IMG/VR virus record: IMGVR_UViG_3300036945_000802
DNA: 64,000 nucleotides
Direction: 5' to 3' (one strand)
Source of the DNA: an uncultured virus (IMG/VR IMGVR_UViG_3300036945_000802)
Lineage: Duplodnaviria > Heunggongvirae > Uroviricota > Caudoviricetes
Made by a program: the position numbers and the translations under genes. The notes below the pieces were generated by a model. The model made no database searches, was not told the origin of the DNA, and saw nothing but the letters and a program-made list of their open reading frames with translations. Shown piece by piece: positions 17,938 through 28,104 of the stretch (the first letter of the stretch is position 1; every line of letters begins with the position of its first letter).

Positions 17938-20900
17938 ATGTCACTGAAGATTTTTTCCCAAGCTCCTTATCATGACGATTACGATGAAACGAAGAAGTAT
18001 CTTCGTATGTTGTTTCGTCCAGGAGTTTCGTTGCAAGTACGAGAGTTAAATCAATTACAAACTTATCTACAAACGCAAATCGAACGTTTAGGTTTACACC
18101 TATTTAAAGAAGGTTCGATGGTCATTCCAGGTCAAACTGCGATTGACACAAAAATTGTATATTTAAAAATTGAATCTGAAACGAATGGTGTAGAAATTGA
18201 CACTATTCTTTCTGATTTAGTAGGAAAAACTATTACTGGAGCTAGTGGTGTACAAGCTCAAGTTCTTACATATGCAACTGAAGAAGATACAGATCCAATT
18301 ACATTATTTGTTAGATATGTTTCCTCTTCTGATGACGAAGAAACAAAAACATTTTCTGCAGAAGAATTATTAACAACGGTTATCGATGGTGAAGAATATA
18401 CTCTTCAAATTCTCCCTGTAGCTAATACTCCTGTTGGTTTAGGTTCTATTGCTTCTATACAATCTGGCATTTACTTTATTAAAAGCCAATTTGTTCAAGT
18501 TGAATCTGCAACAATCATTCTTGCAAAATATAGCAATACGCCGACATATCGTGTTGGTCTATTGGCAACAGAAAACATTGTAACATCTAATTCTGATGCT
18601 ACATTAAATGATAATGCCAATGGTTCACCAAATGAAAATGCTCCAGGTGCACATCGTTATCAATTATTGTTAACTTTCGCTAAATTAACTTTAGAATCTG
18701 AATTAGACGAAAACTTTATTGAATTACTACGCATTGAAGATGGAGAACTAAAGAGTAAAGTAGAAACATCTACATATTCTGAACTAGCTAAAACACTAGC
18801 GCGTCGTACATATGATGAATCTGGTAATTATACAGTTCGTCCTTTTAAATTAGCTATTCGCGAGCATCGTAATAATGATCGTGGTCCATGGCAAGCATTT
18901 ACAGAATATCGTTTAGGCGATGTTGTAAAGAGTGGTGATAATTATTTCACTGCTATGGAAACAGCTACATCTGGTACAATTGAACCAGATACTACATTTT
19001 CTGAAACTAATCCATATCAAATCTATTCAGATAGTAATATGGATTGGAACTATACTCCTCGTCCTTCGTTTAATCGTGGATATAAAGCACCAGAAAATGG
19101 TGGTTCAGAATCTTCATTCGCAGTTGCTGTTGAACCTGGTAAAGGCTATGTTCAAGGTTATGAAATTGAAAAAATTGCAACTGAATTTTTAGAAGTTCCT
19201 AAGTCGCGCGAATATGTACGTATTGATGGTGACTCTATTGATATTAAATACGGCAATTTCATTTATGTTTCAAACGTATATGGTGTACCAGATTGTACAA
19301 CATATCCAACTGTTACATTATATGATCAATTAACTCCATCTACAAATTCTCAAGCTTCTGGTGCTGGTAATGCTATCGGTACAGCACGTTTACGTGCATT
19401 TGAATATGATTCAGGTACTCCAGGAGCTTCTGCTGTTTATAGAGCGTATTTGTTCGATCTTCAAATAGAAGAAGGATATACATTTGAGCGTGATGTTAAA
19501 CAACTATATTATGATTCAGGTACAACACTAAGCAATTTTGTTGCTGATGTTTCTCAAATTTATGTTACATTAAGCGGTACAATTGGCGCTTCATCTACAA
19601 CAGTAACTGGTGTTGGTTCAAAATTTACAACAGAATTAAAAGTTGGTGATTATATTCGTGTAGAAGATTCTGCTGGAGCATTAGAAACTCGCAGAATTAC
19701 TTCTATTACTAATAATACAACTCTTGCTATTGCAACTGCATTTAGTGGCACTGTTACTGGTAAAACATTCCAGCGTGTAATGACACAAATCCAAGATCCA
19801 AGTTTTACTGGATTGATTTTCCCGCTTGCGCAATCATTTATTCGTAAAGTTCGTGGCGGTGATAATGATGCAACATTTGCAACGTCATATACAACCACAC
19901 AAAAGTTTACTGGTTCTACTTCTTCAGGTCAAACATCATTGACTATCTCTGTTGGAGCAGCATCAGGTTCAACGACTCTTGGTACTGAATTTAATCCAGC
20001 TGCTAATAAGAATGAATTCGTTGTAATCAATCGTTCTACTGGCAGACCAGTTAATCCTACTGCTATTAATTTAATCAATAATGGTGCTGATGCACAAATT
20101 ACAGGATTAGCACAATCATCTTCATATACAGTATTTGCTCCAGTTCGTAAGGCTGGTACAATTGCTCAAGAAAAGAAGAAAACACTTATTAGCAATGCAG
20201 TTAAAGATTTTACATCTATTGGTGCAGTTCAACCATTAACATTATCTCTTGCTAAAGCTGACGGATATCGCATCATTGCTATTCGTATGAAAAATAGCGG
20301 ATTCACTGCGTCTTCTGATCCAGCTGAAACAACTGATATCACAGATTGGTATACATTTGACAATGGTCAACGTGAAACACACTATGATGTGGCTACAATC
20401 ACACGTAAACCTGGATATCCAGTTCCAAAAGGTGCTGTTCGTGTAATCTTTGATTATTTTGACCACACAACTGGTACTGCTGGTGACTACTTCACAGTAG
20501 ACTCATACTCAGATATTCCATTTGAAAATATTCCATATTTCACACCTCCTGGTGGCATGATTGCTCTTGCCGACGTAATGGATTTCCGTCCACGTATCAA
20601 TGATGCTGGTACAGGTTATAGCAGCACAGGTGCATCTCCTTCAGAATTGCCAAAACTTGGATTCGAAACAATTGCAAGTTATTCACATTATCTAGCTCGT
20701 CGCGATAAGTTGGCGCTTGATATCGAAGGTAGATTCTTTACTGTTTCAGGCGTAGCAAGCACTGCACCGCAAGAACCAAAAGATCCTGTGCTTGGAATGA
20801 TGCTTGCTAAATTAAACGTATCTCCATACACAGCGTTTCCAAGCGATGGTTCTGTTACGATTGAAACTATTGACACTAAGCGTTACACAATGCGTGATAT

Positions 20901-23900
20901 TGGTAAGTTAGACAAGCGTATTGAAAACTTAGAATATTACACTGCTCTTTCATTGTTAGAAAACGAAACAAAATCTCTTACAATCAAAGATGAAGTTGGC
21001 TTAGAGCGTTTCAAAAATGGATTTATTGTTGATAACTTTAAAGGTCAAGACTTAGGTGACGTAGCATCTACTGATTATCGTTGTTCTATTGATATGACTG
21101 CACAAGAATTACGTCCATTTTATACAATGGATAACGTAAATCTTGTAGAAGAAAATCAAATTCCTGGAGATAGAGTAGCAGACGGTTATCAATTAACTGG
21201 TGATATTATTTCATTACCATATAGCCATCTTAAGTTTATTTCTCAACCATTTGCTTCGCGTACTGAGAACGTTAACCCATTTGCTGTGTTTACATTCTTG
21301 GGTCAAATGTCATTAAATCCACCATCTGATGATTGGTTTGAAACAGATCGTCGTCCAGATATTATCACAAACGTAGAAGGTAACTTCTCAGCTGTACAAA
21401 CACAACTTGAAAACCAAGGCGTTCTTGGTACAGTATGGAATGCATGGCAAACAACTTGGACAGGTCAAACACGTAACATTGATCGTTTAGTTGTTACACG
21501 TGGATTTGATAGCACAAACTTTGGTCTTGGCGCTGGTCGTTGGATGGATCGTCGTACATTTACTGCTGCTGAACTTCGTGCAATTGGTGGTGACGCAACA
21601 TCATTTGGTAATGGTGCAGCAGGTGCTCGTGTATTGACATTCCAAACACAAGCTACTACTGTTGGTCAATCTCGTTCAGGTATTACAACATCTGTTGTAC
21701 CTAAAGTTGATTATGAAGTAATCGATGACAAAGTACTTCAAACTGCTGTTATTCCATATATTCGTGCTCGTGAATTATTATTTGTATGTCGAGGTTTAAA
21801 ACCAAATACAAAATTAAATCCATTCTTTGATGATGCATCAATTCAAGCATATGTAACTCCTGCAACTCGTCTTCCAATTACACAAAATGGTTCTTTAGAG
21901 TTTGACACAGAAACTAATGCTGGTGCAGCTGCTAATGATATTGGTCGTCAAGTTGGCGGTAAACCAGAAGTATCATTCAATAAGGGTGATGTAATTTACG
22001 TTAAAACACGTGGAGGTACAACGTACAATTCACAAGTAACATCTCCAGCTCGTGGCGTTGCAGTATTAAAAGAAAAAACTACTGATACTGGTGCAGAAGG
22101 TGTTTATGTTCTAAACGTAACTGGCACATTCCAAGGCGGAGATATTATTAAGGGTTCTATTTCAGGAGCAGAATATATTATCCAAGGTTCAGGAGCTATT
22201 GCTACTGCTATACAAGGCGCAAATTTAGTAACTAACTTTAACGGTAACTTAGCTGGTATTTTCTCAATTCCAAATACTGACAGCATGCGTTTCCGCACAG
22301 GTATTCGTGAATTTAAATTGAGTGATAGTACAACTGGTGGTCAAGACTTTACAACACAAGGTCGTGGCACATATCGTGCACAAGGTACACTAGAAACTAA
22401 ACAACGTTCAGTTAATGCTGTACGTAATGCTGAAATTGTTACACGTCCTGCATCAGAACAACGTACACAAGAGATCTTCTCTCCAGAACGTATTGTTCGT
22501 GATACTGGTTGGTACGACCCACTTGCCCAAACTATTATGATTGGTTCTAAGGGCGGTGCATTCTTAACTAAAGTTGATATTTTCTTCTCTACTAAAGATG
22601 CAAACATTCCTGTTAACTTACAAATTCGTGAGTCTGTAAACGGTTATCCAGGTCCAGGTATTTTACCTTTCTCTAAGATTACATTAAACCCAGATCAAAT
22701 TCAAACATCTAACGATGCTACTGTACCAACTACATTCACATTTGAATCTCCAGTTTATGTTCAAGACGAGACTGAATACTGTATCGTTCTTTTATCTGAT
22801 TCAAATAATTATCGTGTTTGGATTTCACAACTTGGCGAAAAGAATATTGGAACAGAACGTTTCATTTCTGAGCAACCATATGCAGGTGTATTGTTTAAAT
22901 CACAAAACGCTTCTACATGGACTGCTAATCAAGAACAAGATTTGAAGTTCACAGTATATCGTGCCGAGTTTAATACAAACACAGAAGGTATTGCAACATT
23001 TACTAATGATATTCTTCCTCCTGCTGTTTTAGATGCAAATCCATTTAAGACAACGCTAGATTCATCTAAAGTACGTGTATCACATCGTAATCATGGTATG
23101 CCATCTGGTTCAACTGTAATTATTTCTAACGTTGCTGATGGAGACTATAACGGTATTATTACAACTTCTTCTTCTGGTTTAAATGGTGAATTTATCATTA
23201 GTAATCCAGAATCAGATTCATATGTTATCGATACTGGTACAGATGCTGATGCTACAGGATTTGTTGGTGGTACTGATATCGTTGTTTCTGAAAACGTTCC
23301 AATGGACGCAGCTCAACTAATTACTCAATCACAAACATTCTCTGACACAACATTGTCATATGAAATGTTGACTACTGATACAGCATATAATTTTGCAACA
23401 GAACCGGTTAGTGTAATTCCTAATGAAACCGTATATTTTACTTCATCACAACAAGTAGTTTCTGCAATTAACGAAGCAACTGCTACTTCTTTAGATGGTT
23501 CAAAATCGTTAAAGGTTGTTGCAAGATTGAATACAGATAATTCTGCATTATCTCCAATCATTGATACTTCACGCTTATCTGTTGCAACGATTAAAAATAG
23601 AGTTGATAACTTTACGTATGTTACTAAAAACGTTGATGGCTTAGACGATATAATTATCGCAGATGCTATTTCAGGTTTCACATTTGATGAAAATAATCCA
23701 GGAACAATTTATGTTCCAAGTACTGCAAGAGCTGCTGTTCGTTCTATCACAGTTGGCAAGTATGTATCTGTTAGCGGCACAACAAATAACAATACAACAC
23801 TTCCAGTATTAGTAACTGCTGTTGCTGCTGATGGTTCATCTATCACGACAAATTACGATGCATTTGAAACTGAATCTCCAGCTAATACTACTATCACATT

Positions 23901-24294
23901 GAAAGATAATTTCATTGATGAAAGTGTACCAATTGGCGGCACTGCAACATCTAAGTACTTAACTCGTTTAATTAACTTAGAACAACCTTCAACATTCTTG
24001 AAAGTTATGTTCTCAGCTAATATTCCTGCAGTAACTGATTCAGATGTTGAAGTTTGGTATAAACTAATTCCAACTGGTACAAACGGAGATATCTCTCAAC
24101 ATTCATTTGTTCGTGCTACAACGCCTACAAAAAATGTTAAGAAAACTTCTAATCCAGATGAATTTGTAGATGTACAATACGATTTGACAGATCTTGCAGA
24201 ATTTGATGGTGTTGTTGTTAAATTAGTGTTCAAATCTGGTAATAGCGCACAAGTACCACGCGTAAAAGAATTACGAGTAATTGCTTGTGCATAA
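17938..24294 (+). CDS. large virion structural protein (DUF4815 / VrlC-like)
   Basis: PYHDDYD, LFRPG..LQ.RELNQLQ, LARRTYDESGNY, RYTMRDIG.L..RIENLEYYT, DPLAQT, LFKSQNASTW; 2118 aa. Confidence 0.8.
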   Translation: MSLKIFSQAPYHDDYDETKKYLRMLFRPGVSLQVRELNQLQTYLQTQIERLGLHLFKEGSMVIPGQTAIDTKIVYLKIESETNGVEIDTILSDLVGKTITGASGVQAQVLTYATEEDTDPITLFVRYVSSSDDEETKTFSAEELLTTVIDGEEYTLQILPVANTPVGLGSIASIQSGIYFIKSQFVQVESATIILAKYSNTPTYRVGLLATENIVTSNSDATLNDNANGSPNENAPGAHRYQLLLTFAKLTLESELDENFIELLRIEDGELKSKVETSTYSELAKTLARRTYDESGNYTVRPFKLAIREHRNNDRGPWQAFTEYRLGDVVKSGDNYFTAMETATSGTIEPDTTFSETNPYQIYSDSNMDWNYTPRPSFNRGYKAPENGGSESSFAVAVEPGKGYVQGYEIEKIATEFLEVPKSREYVRIDGDSIDIKYGNFIYVSNVYGVPDCTTYPTVTLYDQLTPSTNSQASGAGNAIGTARLRAFEYDSGTPGASAVYRAYLFDLQIEEGYTFERDVKQLYYDSGTTLSNFVADVSQIYVTLSGTIGASSTTVTGVGSKFTTELKVGDYIRVEDSAGALETRRITSITNNTTLAIATAFSGTVTGKTFQRVMTQIQDPSFTGLIFPLAQSFIRKVRGGDNDATFATSYTTTQKFTGSTSSGQTSLTISVGAASGSTTLGTEFNPAANKNEFVVINRSTGRPVNPTAINLINNGADAQITGLAQSSSYTVFAPVRKAGTIAQEKKKTLISNAVKDFTSIGAVQPLTLSLAKADGYRIIAIRMKNSGFTASSDPAETTDITDWYTFDNGQRETHYDVATITRKPGYPVPKGAVRVIFDYFDHTTGTAGDYFTVDSYSDIPFENIPYFTPPGGMIALADVMDFRPRINDAGTGYSSTGASPSELPKLGFETIASYSHYLARRDKLALDIEGRFFTVSGVASTAPQEPKDPVLGMMLAKLNVSPYTAFPSDGSVTIETIDTKRYTMRDIGKLDKRIENLEYYTALSLLENETKSLTIKDEVGLERFKNGFIVDNFKGQDLGDVASTDYRCSIDMTAQELRPFYTMDNVNLVEENQIPGDRVADGYQLTGDIISLPYSHLKFISQPFASRTENVNPFAVFTFLGQMSLNPPSDDWFETDRRPDIITNVEGNFSAVQTQLENQGVLGTVWNAWQTTWTGQTRNIDRLVVTRGFDSTNFGLGAGRWMDRRTFTAAELRAIGGDATSFGNGAAGARVLTFQTQATTVGQSRSGITTSVVPKVDYEVIDDKVLQTAVIPYIRARELLFVCRGLKPNTKLNPFFDDASIQAYVTPATRLPITQNGSLEFDTETNAGAAANDIGRQVGGKPEVSFNKGDVIYVKTRGGTTYNSQVTSPARGVAVLKEKTTDTGAEGVYVLNVTGTFQGGDIIKGSISGAEYIIQGSGAIATAIQGANLVTNFNGNLAGIFSIPNTDSMRFRTGIREFKLSDSTTGGQDFTTQGRGTYRAQGTLETKQRSVNAVRNAEIVTRPASEQRTQEIFSPERIVRDTGWYDPLAQTIMIGSKGGAFLTKVDIFFSTKDANIPVNLQIRESVNGYPGPGILPFSKITLNPDQIQTSNDATVPTTFTFESPVYVQDETEYCIVLLSDSNNYRVWISQLGEKNIGTERFISEQPYAGVLFKSQNASTWTANQEQDLKFTVYRAEFNTNTEGIATFTNDILPPAVLDANPFKTTLDSSKVRVSHRNHGMPSGSTVIISNVADGDYNGIITTSSSGLNGEFIISNPESDSYVIDTGTDADATGFVGGTDIVVSENVPMDAAQLITQSQTFSDTTLSYEMLTTDTAYNFATEPVSVIPNETVYFTSSQQVVSAINEATATSLDGSKSLKVVARLNTDNSALSPIIDTSRLSVATIKNRVDNFTYVTKNVDGLDDIIIADAISGFTFDENNPGTIYVPSTARAAVRSITVGKYVSVSGTTNNNTTLPVLVTAVAADGSSITTNYDAFETESPANTTITLKDNFIDESVPIGGTATSKYLTRLINLEQPSTFLKVMFSANIPAVTDSDVEVWYKLIPTGTNGDISQHSFVRATTPTKNVKKTSNPDEFVDVQYDLTDLAEFDGVVVKLVFKSGNSAQVPRVKELRVIACA

Positions 24295-24520
24295 AGCTGT
24301 TAAAGTTGAAAATGAAGTAGGTCTCTACCGAGACCTACATTCTGGTGCCATTGTAAATACAGATGATAGCTCTAGAAATGCATATTTAAAGCATCGTAAG
24401 GCATTGCTTAAATCCAGAGAAGAAACTGAACAAAACACACAGGACATTAAAGAGCTTAAAGAGGAAGTTCAAGACATTAAGCAAATGCTAAGTCAGATAT
24501 TAGCACATGTCCAAAAATAA
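24281..24520 (+). CDS. small coiled-coil protein conserved after DUF4815-type genes
   Basis: LYRD..SGAIVN motif plus a coiled coil; start may be GTG 24287. Confidence 0.7.
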   Translation: MLVHKAVKVENEVGLYRDLHSGAIVNTDDSSRNAYLKHRKALLKSREETEQNTQDIKELKEEVQDIKQMLSQILAHVQK

Positions 24521-24531
24521 GAGAGAAGTAA

Positions 24532-25623
24532 ATGTCTGTCATAAACGTAAGTTTAGAAGATACATTCGAACAATGGAGAGTTAAGACTAATCAACTTGGT
24601 TCTACCATTGGTGATGCAGATTCTCTTCAAACAACTTCAACAAATTTAGTTGCAGCAATTAACGAAGTGCGTAGTAACGCGCTAGTTGATGGTACTATCA
24701 CGACTTTTGGTAATACATTTCAAATTAACGTCGATCAAGGCGATTCAGCTGAGTTAATCTTAGATTTAGATGGAAATTTAACATTAGCTGGTGATTTAAT
24801 TGCTGACGTTACTGGAAACTTAAATGGTAATGCAAATACAGCTACAAAACTTCGTAATGGTCGTATTATTTCTATCACTGGAGATGCAACATGGGATGTA
24901 GTATTTGATGGATCTTCAAATGCAACGGGACAATTACAACTTAATCCTACCGGAGTAGAACCTGGAACTTATACAAAGGTTACAGTAGATGGTGATGGTA
25001 GAATTTATGAAGGTTTTGATTTAGAAGATACAGACGTTACTACAGCATTAGGTTTTACACCAGTAAGTGAAGAAGCAGGATATGATAATCCAAGTTGGCT
25101 TACATCTATTAATGGTAATAAGATTAATAGCTCAACAGATATTACTATTGCCAATCTAACAGTTGGAAGTAGAGTATATCTCGGTAATGGTTCTGCTACT
25201 GCCCCAAGTCTTGGATTTTCATCTGATGGAGCACAAGATACTGGAATTTATTGGGGTGGGGATGGTTCTATATTTTTTACAAATAACGGTGTAAAAAGTG
25301 GAGAGATTCAACCCGGTGGTAATTTGGTTATGGTTGGTAACGTTGGTGGTTATTCAGATATACGTCTTAAGAAAGACATTGAAACTATCAAAGGTGCTTT
25401 AGATATTGTTAATCAATTAAGAGGCATCTATTACACATCTATAGATACTAATGAACGTAGTGTTGGTGTTGTAGCACAAGAAGTGCAAAATAAAATTCCA
25501 GAATTAATTCGCGTTGGCGAAAATGGAATGCTCTCAGTTTCATATGGAAATATGGGAGGTCTTCTTCTACAAGCTATTAATGAATTGACAGATAGAGTAA
25601 AAGCTATTGAAGCTAAATTATGA
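24532..25623 (+). CDS. tail fibre with C-terminal intramolecular chaperone (peptidase S74)
   Basis: N-terminal DTFEQWRVKTN; GTYTKVTVD.DGR fibre motif; SDIRLKKDIETI...GVVAQEV...VSYGNM..LLLQAINEL. Confidence 0.88.
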   Translation: MSVINVSLEDTFEQWRVKTNQLGSTIGDADSLQTTSTNLVAAINEVRSNALVDGTITTFGNTFQINVDQGDSAELILDLDGNLTLAGDLIADVTGNLNGNANTATKLRNGRIISITGDATWDVVFDGSSNATGQLQLNPTGVEPGTYTKVTVDGDGRIYEGFDLEDTDVTTALGFTPVSEEAGYDNPSWLTSINGNKINSSTDITIANLTVGSRVYLGNGSATAPSLGFSSDGAQDTGIYWGGDGSIFFTNNGVKSGEIQPGGNLVMVGNVGGYSDIRLKKDIETIKGALDIVNQLRGIYYTSIDTNERSVGVVAQEVQNKIPELIRVGENGMLSVSYGNMGGLLLQAINELTDRVKAIEAKL

Positions 25624-26030
25624 CTTTACAAACAACTGGATTAATTACTCTTAGAGATATCGCAAATGAGGCTGGGCAACCAACCTCATTTTCACCTTCC
25701 CTATCGTGGGTTAAATCAATCGTAAAACCTGCAAATAGACTTCCAACGAACGAAATTGATGACGTCTATGGATTTGCGTATTTCCAAAAAAATTCAGAAG
25801 GCAATTGCGCTAACGGCAATTGTATTGCAAACTGTAATTGCGGAAATATTCAATGCACGAATTGTGCTATTACTAGTGCAGTGAATTGTACGAATTGTGA
25901 TACACAAGCTTGGTTACAACCAAATTGTAATTGTGCTTGTACATATAATTGTAATCAAACTGAAATCAGCTATAATTGTGCATGTGCTTGTGCATGTGCG
26001 TGTGCATGTGCTGATGGTGGTGGTGGATAA
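25620..26030 (+). CDS. Cys/Asn-rich fibre-tip-like protein; putative radical SAM substrate
   Basis: N-terminus MTLQTTGLITLRDIANE resembles small proteins that follow S74 fibres. The C-terminal ~75 aa hold 18 Cys (11 as Asn-Cys) and end (CA)6DGGGG. Confidence 0.75.
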   Translation: MTLQTTGLITLRDIANEAGQPTSFSPSLSWVKSIVKPANRLPTNEIDDVYGFAYFQKNSEGNCANGNCIANCNCGNIQCTNCAITSAVNCTNCDTQAWLQPNCNCACTYNCNQTEISYNCACACACACACADGGGG

Positions 26031-26033
26031 ATA
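26026..26033 (+). promoter_or_regulatory. late-promoter-like element (GATAAATA)
   Basis: 7/8 match to TATAAATA, overlapping the Cys-rich gene stop and ahead of the radical SAM gene. Confidence 0.45.
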
Positions 26034-26051
26034 GTTATTTAAGGCGATATT

Positions 26052-27485
26052 ATGATATTTGAAATTTTAGCAGAGCGCAGTGAAAAAGACAGAAAAACAT
26101 TTTTTTATGATAATGTAAAAAATGTTTTATCTTCTGAAGATGGTTTTATATTTAGTGTAGAAAATAAAAAAACACACGATCATATATCTACACCATTTTC
26201 TAAAAAATCCCCATTAAAGAAATCCAAAAATATTACAAAGCTAAAGATCCAAATGGGTCTTTCGTGTAATTATTCATGCGACTATTGTTCTCAAAAATTT
26301 GTAGGTCGTCCACCAGAAACAAATAAAAAAGACATTGAAGACTTTATGAAAAAGTTGGAAGTGTTAGAGTTTACTGAGCAACAAGGATTATCAGTAGAAT
26401 TTTGGGGAGGAGAACCTTTCGTTTATTGGAAAACTATGAAGCCTCTTGCAGAAGCTATTATGGAAAAGTTTTCTCATTGGAAAAATAGACCTAAATTTTC
26501 TGTAATCACAAACGGTTCTATTTTAACGCGCGATATTTGTGCGTGGTTGTATTATATGGGATTTTACGTTTCTATTAGTCATGATGGACCTGGACAAAGT
26601 GTTAGAGGACCTGATCCATTCGAAGACGAAGAAGCAAAGAAGATCGTATTAGAATTTTATAAGATAATGAAACCACAAGGTAGAATTAGTTTTAATTCTA
26701 TGTTAAATTCTAAAAATAAAGATCGTAAAGCTATCCACGATTGGTTTATTAATTTTACTGGAGATCCTCAAGTTCCATTAGGAGAAGGAGCTTTAGTTGA
26801 TGCATATGATTTAGATGGCATGAATAATTCTTTATCTACTAAACAAGAACATTTTGAGTTTAGAAGAAATTCATTTAATGATATTAGATCAAATAATGGT
26901 TATATTGGATTTGGAACTATTCTTCAAAAAATAGATGGATTTACTAATTCTGTTATGAATCAACAACCTGCTTCTGGTCTTGGTCAAAAGTGTGGTATGG
27001 ACGATCAACATGTTTTAGCGATTGATATGAAAGGTAATGTTTTAACATGCCAAAATGTATCTGCTGTTGAAACTGCCATGAATGGTGAATCTCATTTGGG
27101 TGGTAACTTAGATGATTATGATAATGTCGAATTAAAATCTGCTACTCATTGGGCTAATAGAGAAGAATGTTCAAAATGTCCTGTTTTACATATGTGTAAA
27201 GGTTCATGTATGTTTTTAGATGGCAAATTTTGGAAAACAACGTGTGATAATGCATACTCCGATAATATTGCACTTTTTGCATTAGCATTTGAAAAGATGA
27301 CATCAGGCTATATTCCATTGTACATAAATAGTAATGAATTGCCTTCAGAGAGAAAAGATATTTGGGGCACAATATTAAGTCATAAAGAAGAAACTTCTAA
27401 AAGAATTATCCCTATTGTTGCAGTAAGTGAAAAAACAGTACTAGATAATGTAGAAGTTTATACACAAGCAAGGGTACAAGAGTAA
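26052..27485 (+). CDS. radical SAM / SPASM-domain peptide-modifying-type enzyme
   Basis: CNYSCDYC (CxxxCxxC), FWGGEP, ITNG, SISHDG; SPASM KCG...GNVLTC and CSKCPVLHMCKGSC...C. Confidence 0.93.
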   Translation: MIFEILAERSEKDRKTFFYDNVKNVLSSEDGFIFSVENKKTHDHISTPFSKKSPLKKSKNITKLKIQMGLSCNYSCDYCSQKFVGRPPETNKKDIEDFMKKLEVLEFTEQQGLSVEFWGGEPFVYWKTMKPLAEAIMEKFSHWKNRPKFSVITNGSILTRDICAWLYYMGFYVSISHDGPGQSVRGPDPFEDEEAKKIVLEFYKIMKPQGRISFNSMLNSKNKDRKAIHDWFINFTGDPQVPLGEGALVDAYDLDGMNNSLSTKQEHFEFRRNSFNDIRSNNGYIGFGTILQKIDGFTNSVMNQQPASGLGQKCGMDDQHVLAIDMKGNVLTCQNVSAVETAMNGESHLGGNLDDYDNVELKSATHWANREECSKCPVLHMCKGSCMFLDGKFWKTTCDNAYSDNIALFALAFEKMTSGYIPLYINSNELPSERKDIWGTILSHKEETSKRIIPIVAVSEKTVLDNVEVYTQARVQE

Positions 27486-27805
27486 TGATATTAATTGATA
27501 TAGAAAGTCAAAATTTACCAGAACTAATTCGCTTATATAAAACTATTCCTTATGTAGCACAAGTGCGCTGCAATAAAATTTTAAGACAACATTATAAAAA
27601 TATTGTAGGGGAAGATGGATTATACATTGCATGTTTAGTCCAGGTGAAGTCAGGCGAAGACAAGTATTTGAAGTTTGAAGATATCTTATCTAAAGAAGTG
27701 TGGGATGATCCTATGCAATATCAGAATTGTCTGCAAAGCATGAAATTAAAGATCGACGAATATATTGAAAACGATGTTCTTCCAAAACTACCAGATAGCG
27801 AATAA
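27485..27805 (+). CDS. hypothetical protein (paralog of next ORF)
   Basis: VAQVRCNKILRQHYKNIVGEDGLYIACL; TAATG coupling to the rSAM gene. Confidence 0.7.
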   Translation: MILIDIESQNLPELIRLYKTIPYVAQVRCNKILRQHYKNIVGEDGLYIACLVQVKSGEDKYLKFEDILSKEVWDDPMQYQNCLQSMKLKIDEYIENDVLPKLPDSE

Positions 27806-27807
27806 TT

Positions 27808-28104
27808 ATGGAAACATCTAATTTATTAACGTTAGTAAATCGTCTTAGACAAACTGAGCACGTTGCTCAAGTTAGATATCATCAAGTCTTAAAACAAAGA
27901 TTTAGAGATTTAGTTGGTGTAGATGGAGTTTCAATTGTATGTTTACTTACTAATAAAGCTAATTCTGAAAAGTTTGTTAAAATTGTAACTATATTAGAAG
28001 CTTCAGTGATTGAGAATTTAGATCGTCATGATGCAATCATAGAAGATATTAAAACCAGAATTGATGATTATATCATCAGAGATATAAGGCCTCCGATATT
28101 CTAA
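27808..28104 (+). CDS. hypothetical protein (paralog of previous ORF)
   Basis: VAQVRYHQVLKQRFRDLVGVDGVSIVCL. Confidence 0.7.
   Translation: METSNLLTLVNRLRQTEHVAQVRYHQVLKQRFRDLVGVDGVSIVCLLTNKANSEKFVKIVTILEASVIENLDRHDAIIEDIKTRIDDYIIRDIRPPIF

Noticed and set aside
25978..26012. TGTGCN microsatellite or assembly artefact
   Set aside because: Third positions vary and the frame is preserved, consistent with a selected (Cys-Ala)6 peptide.
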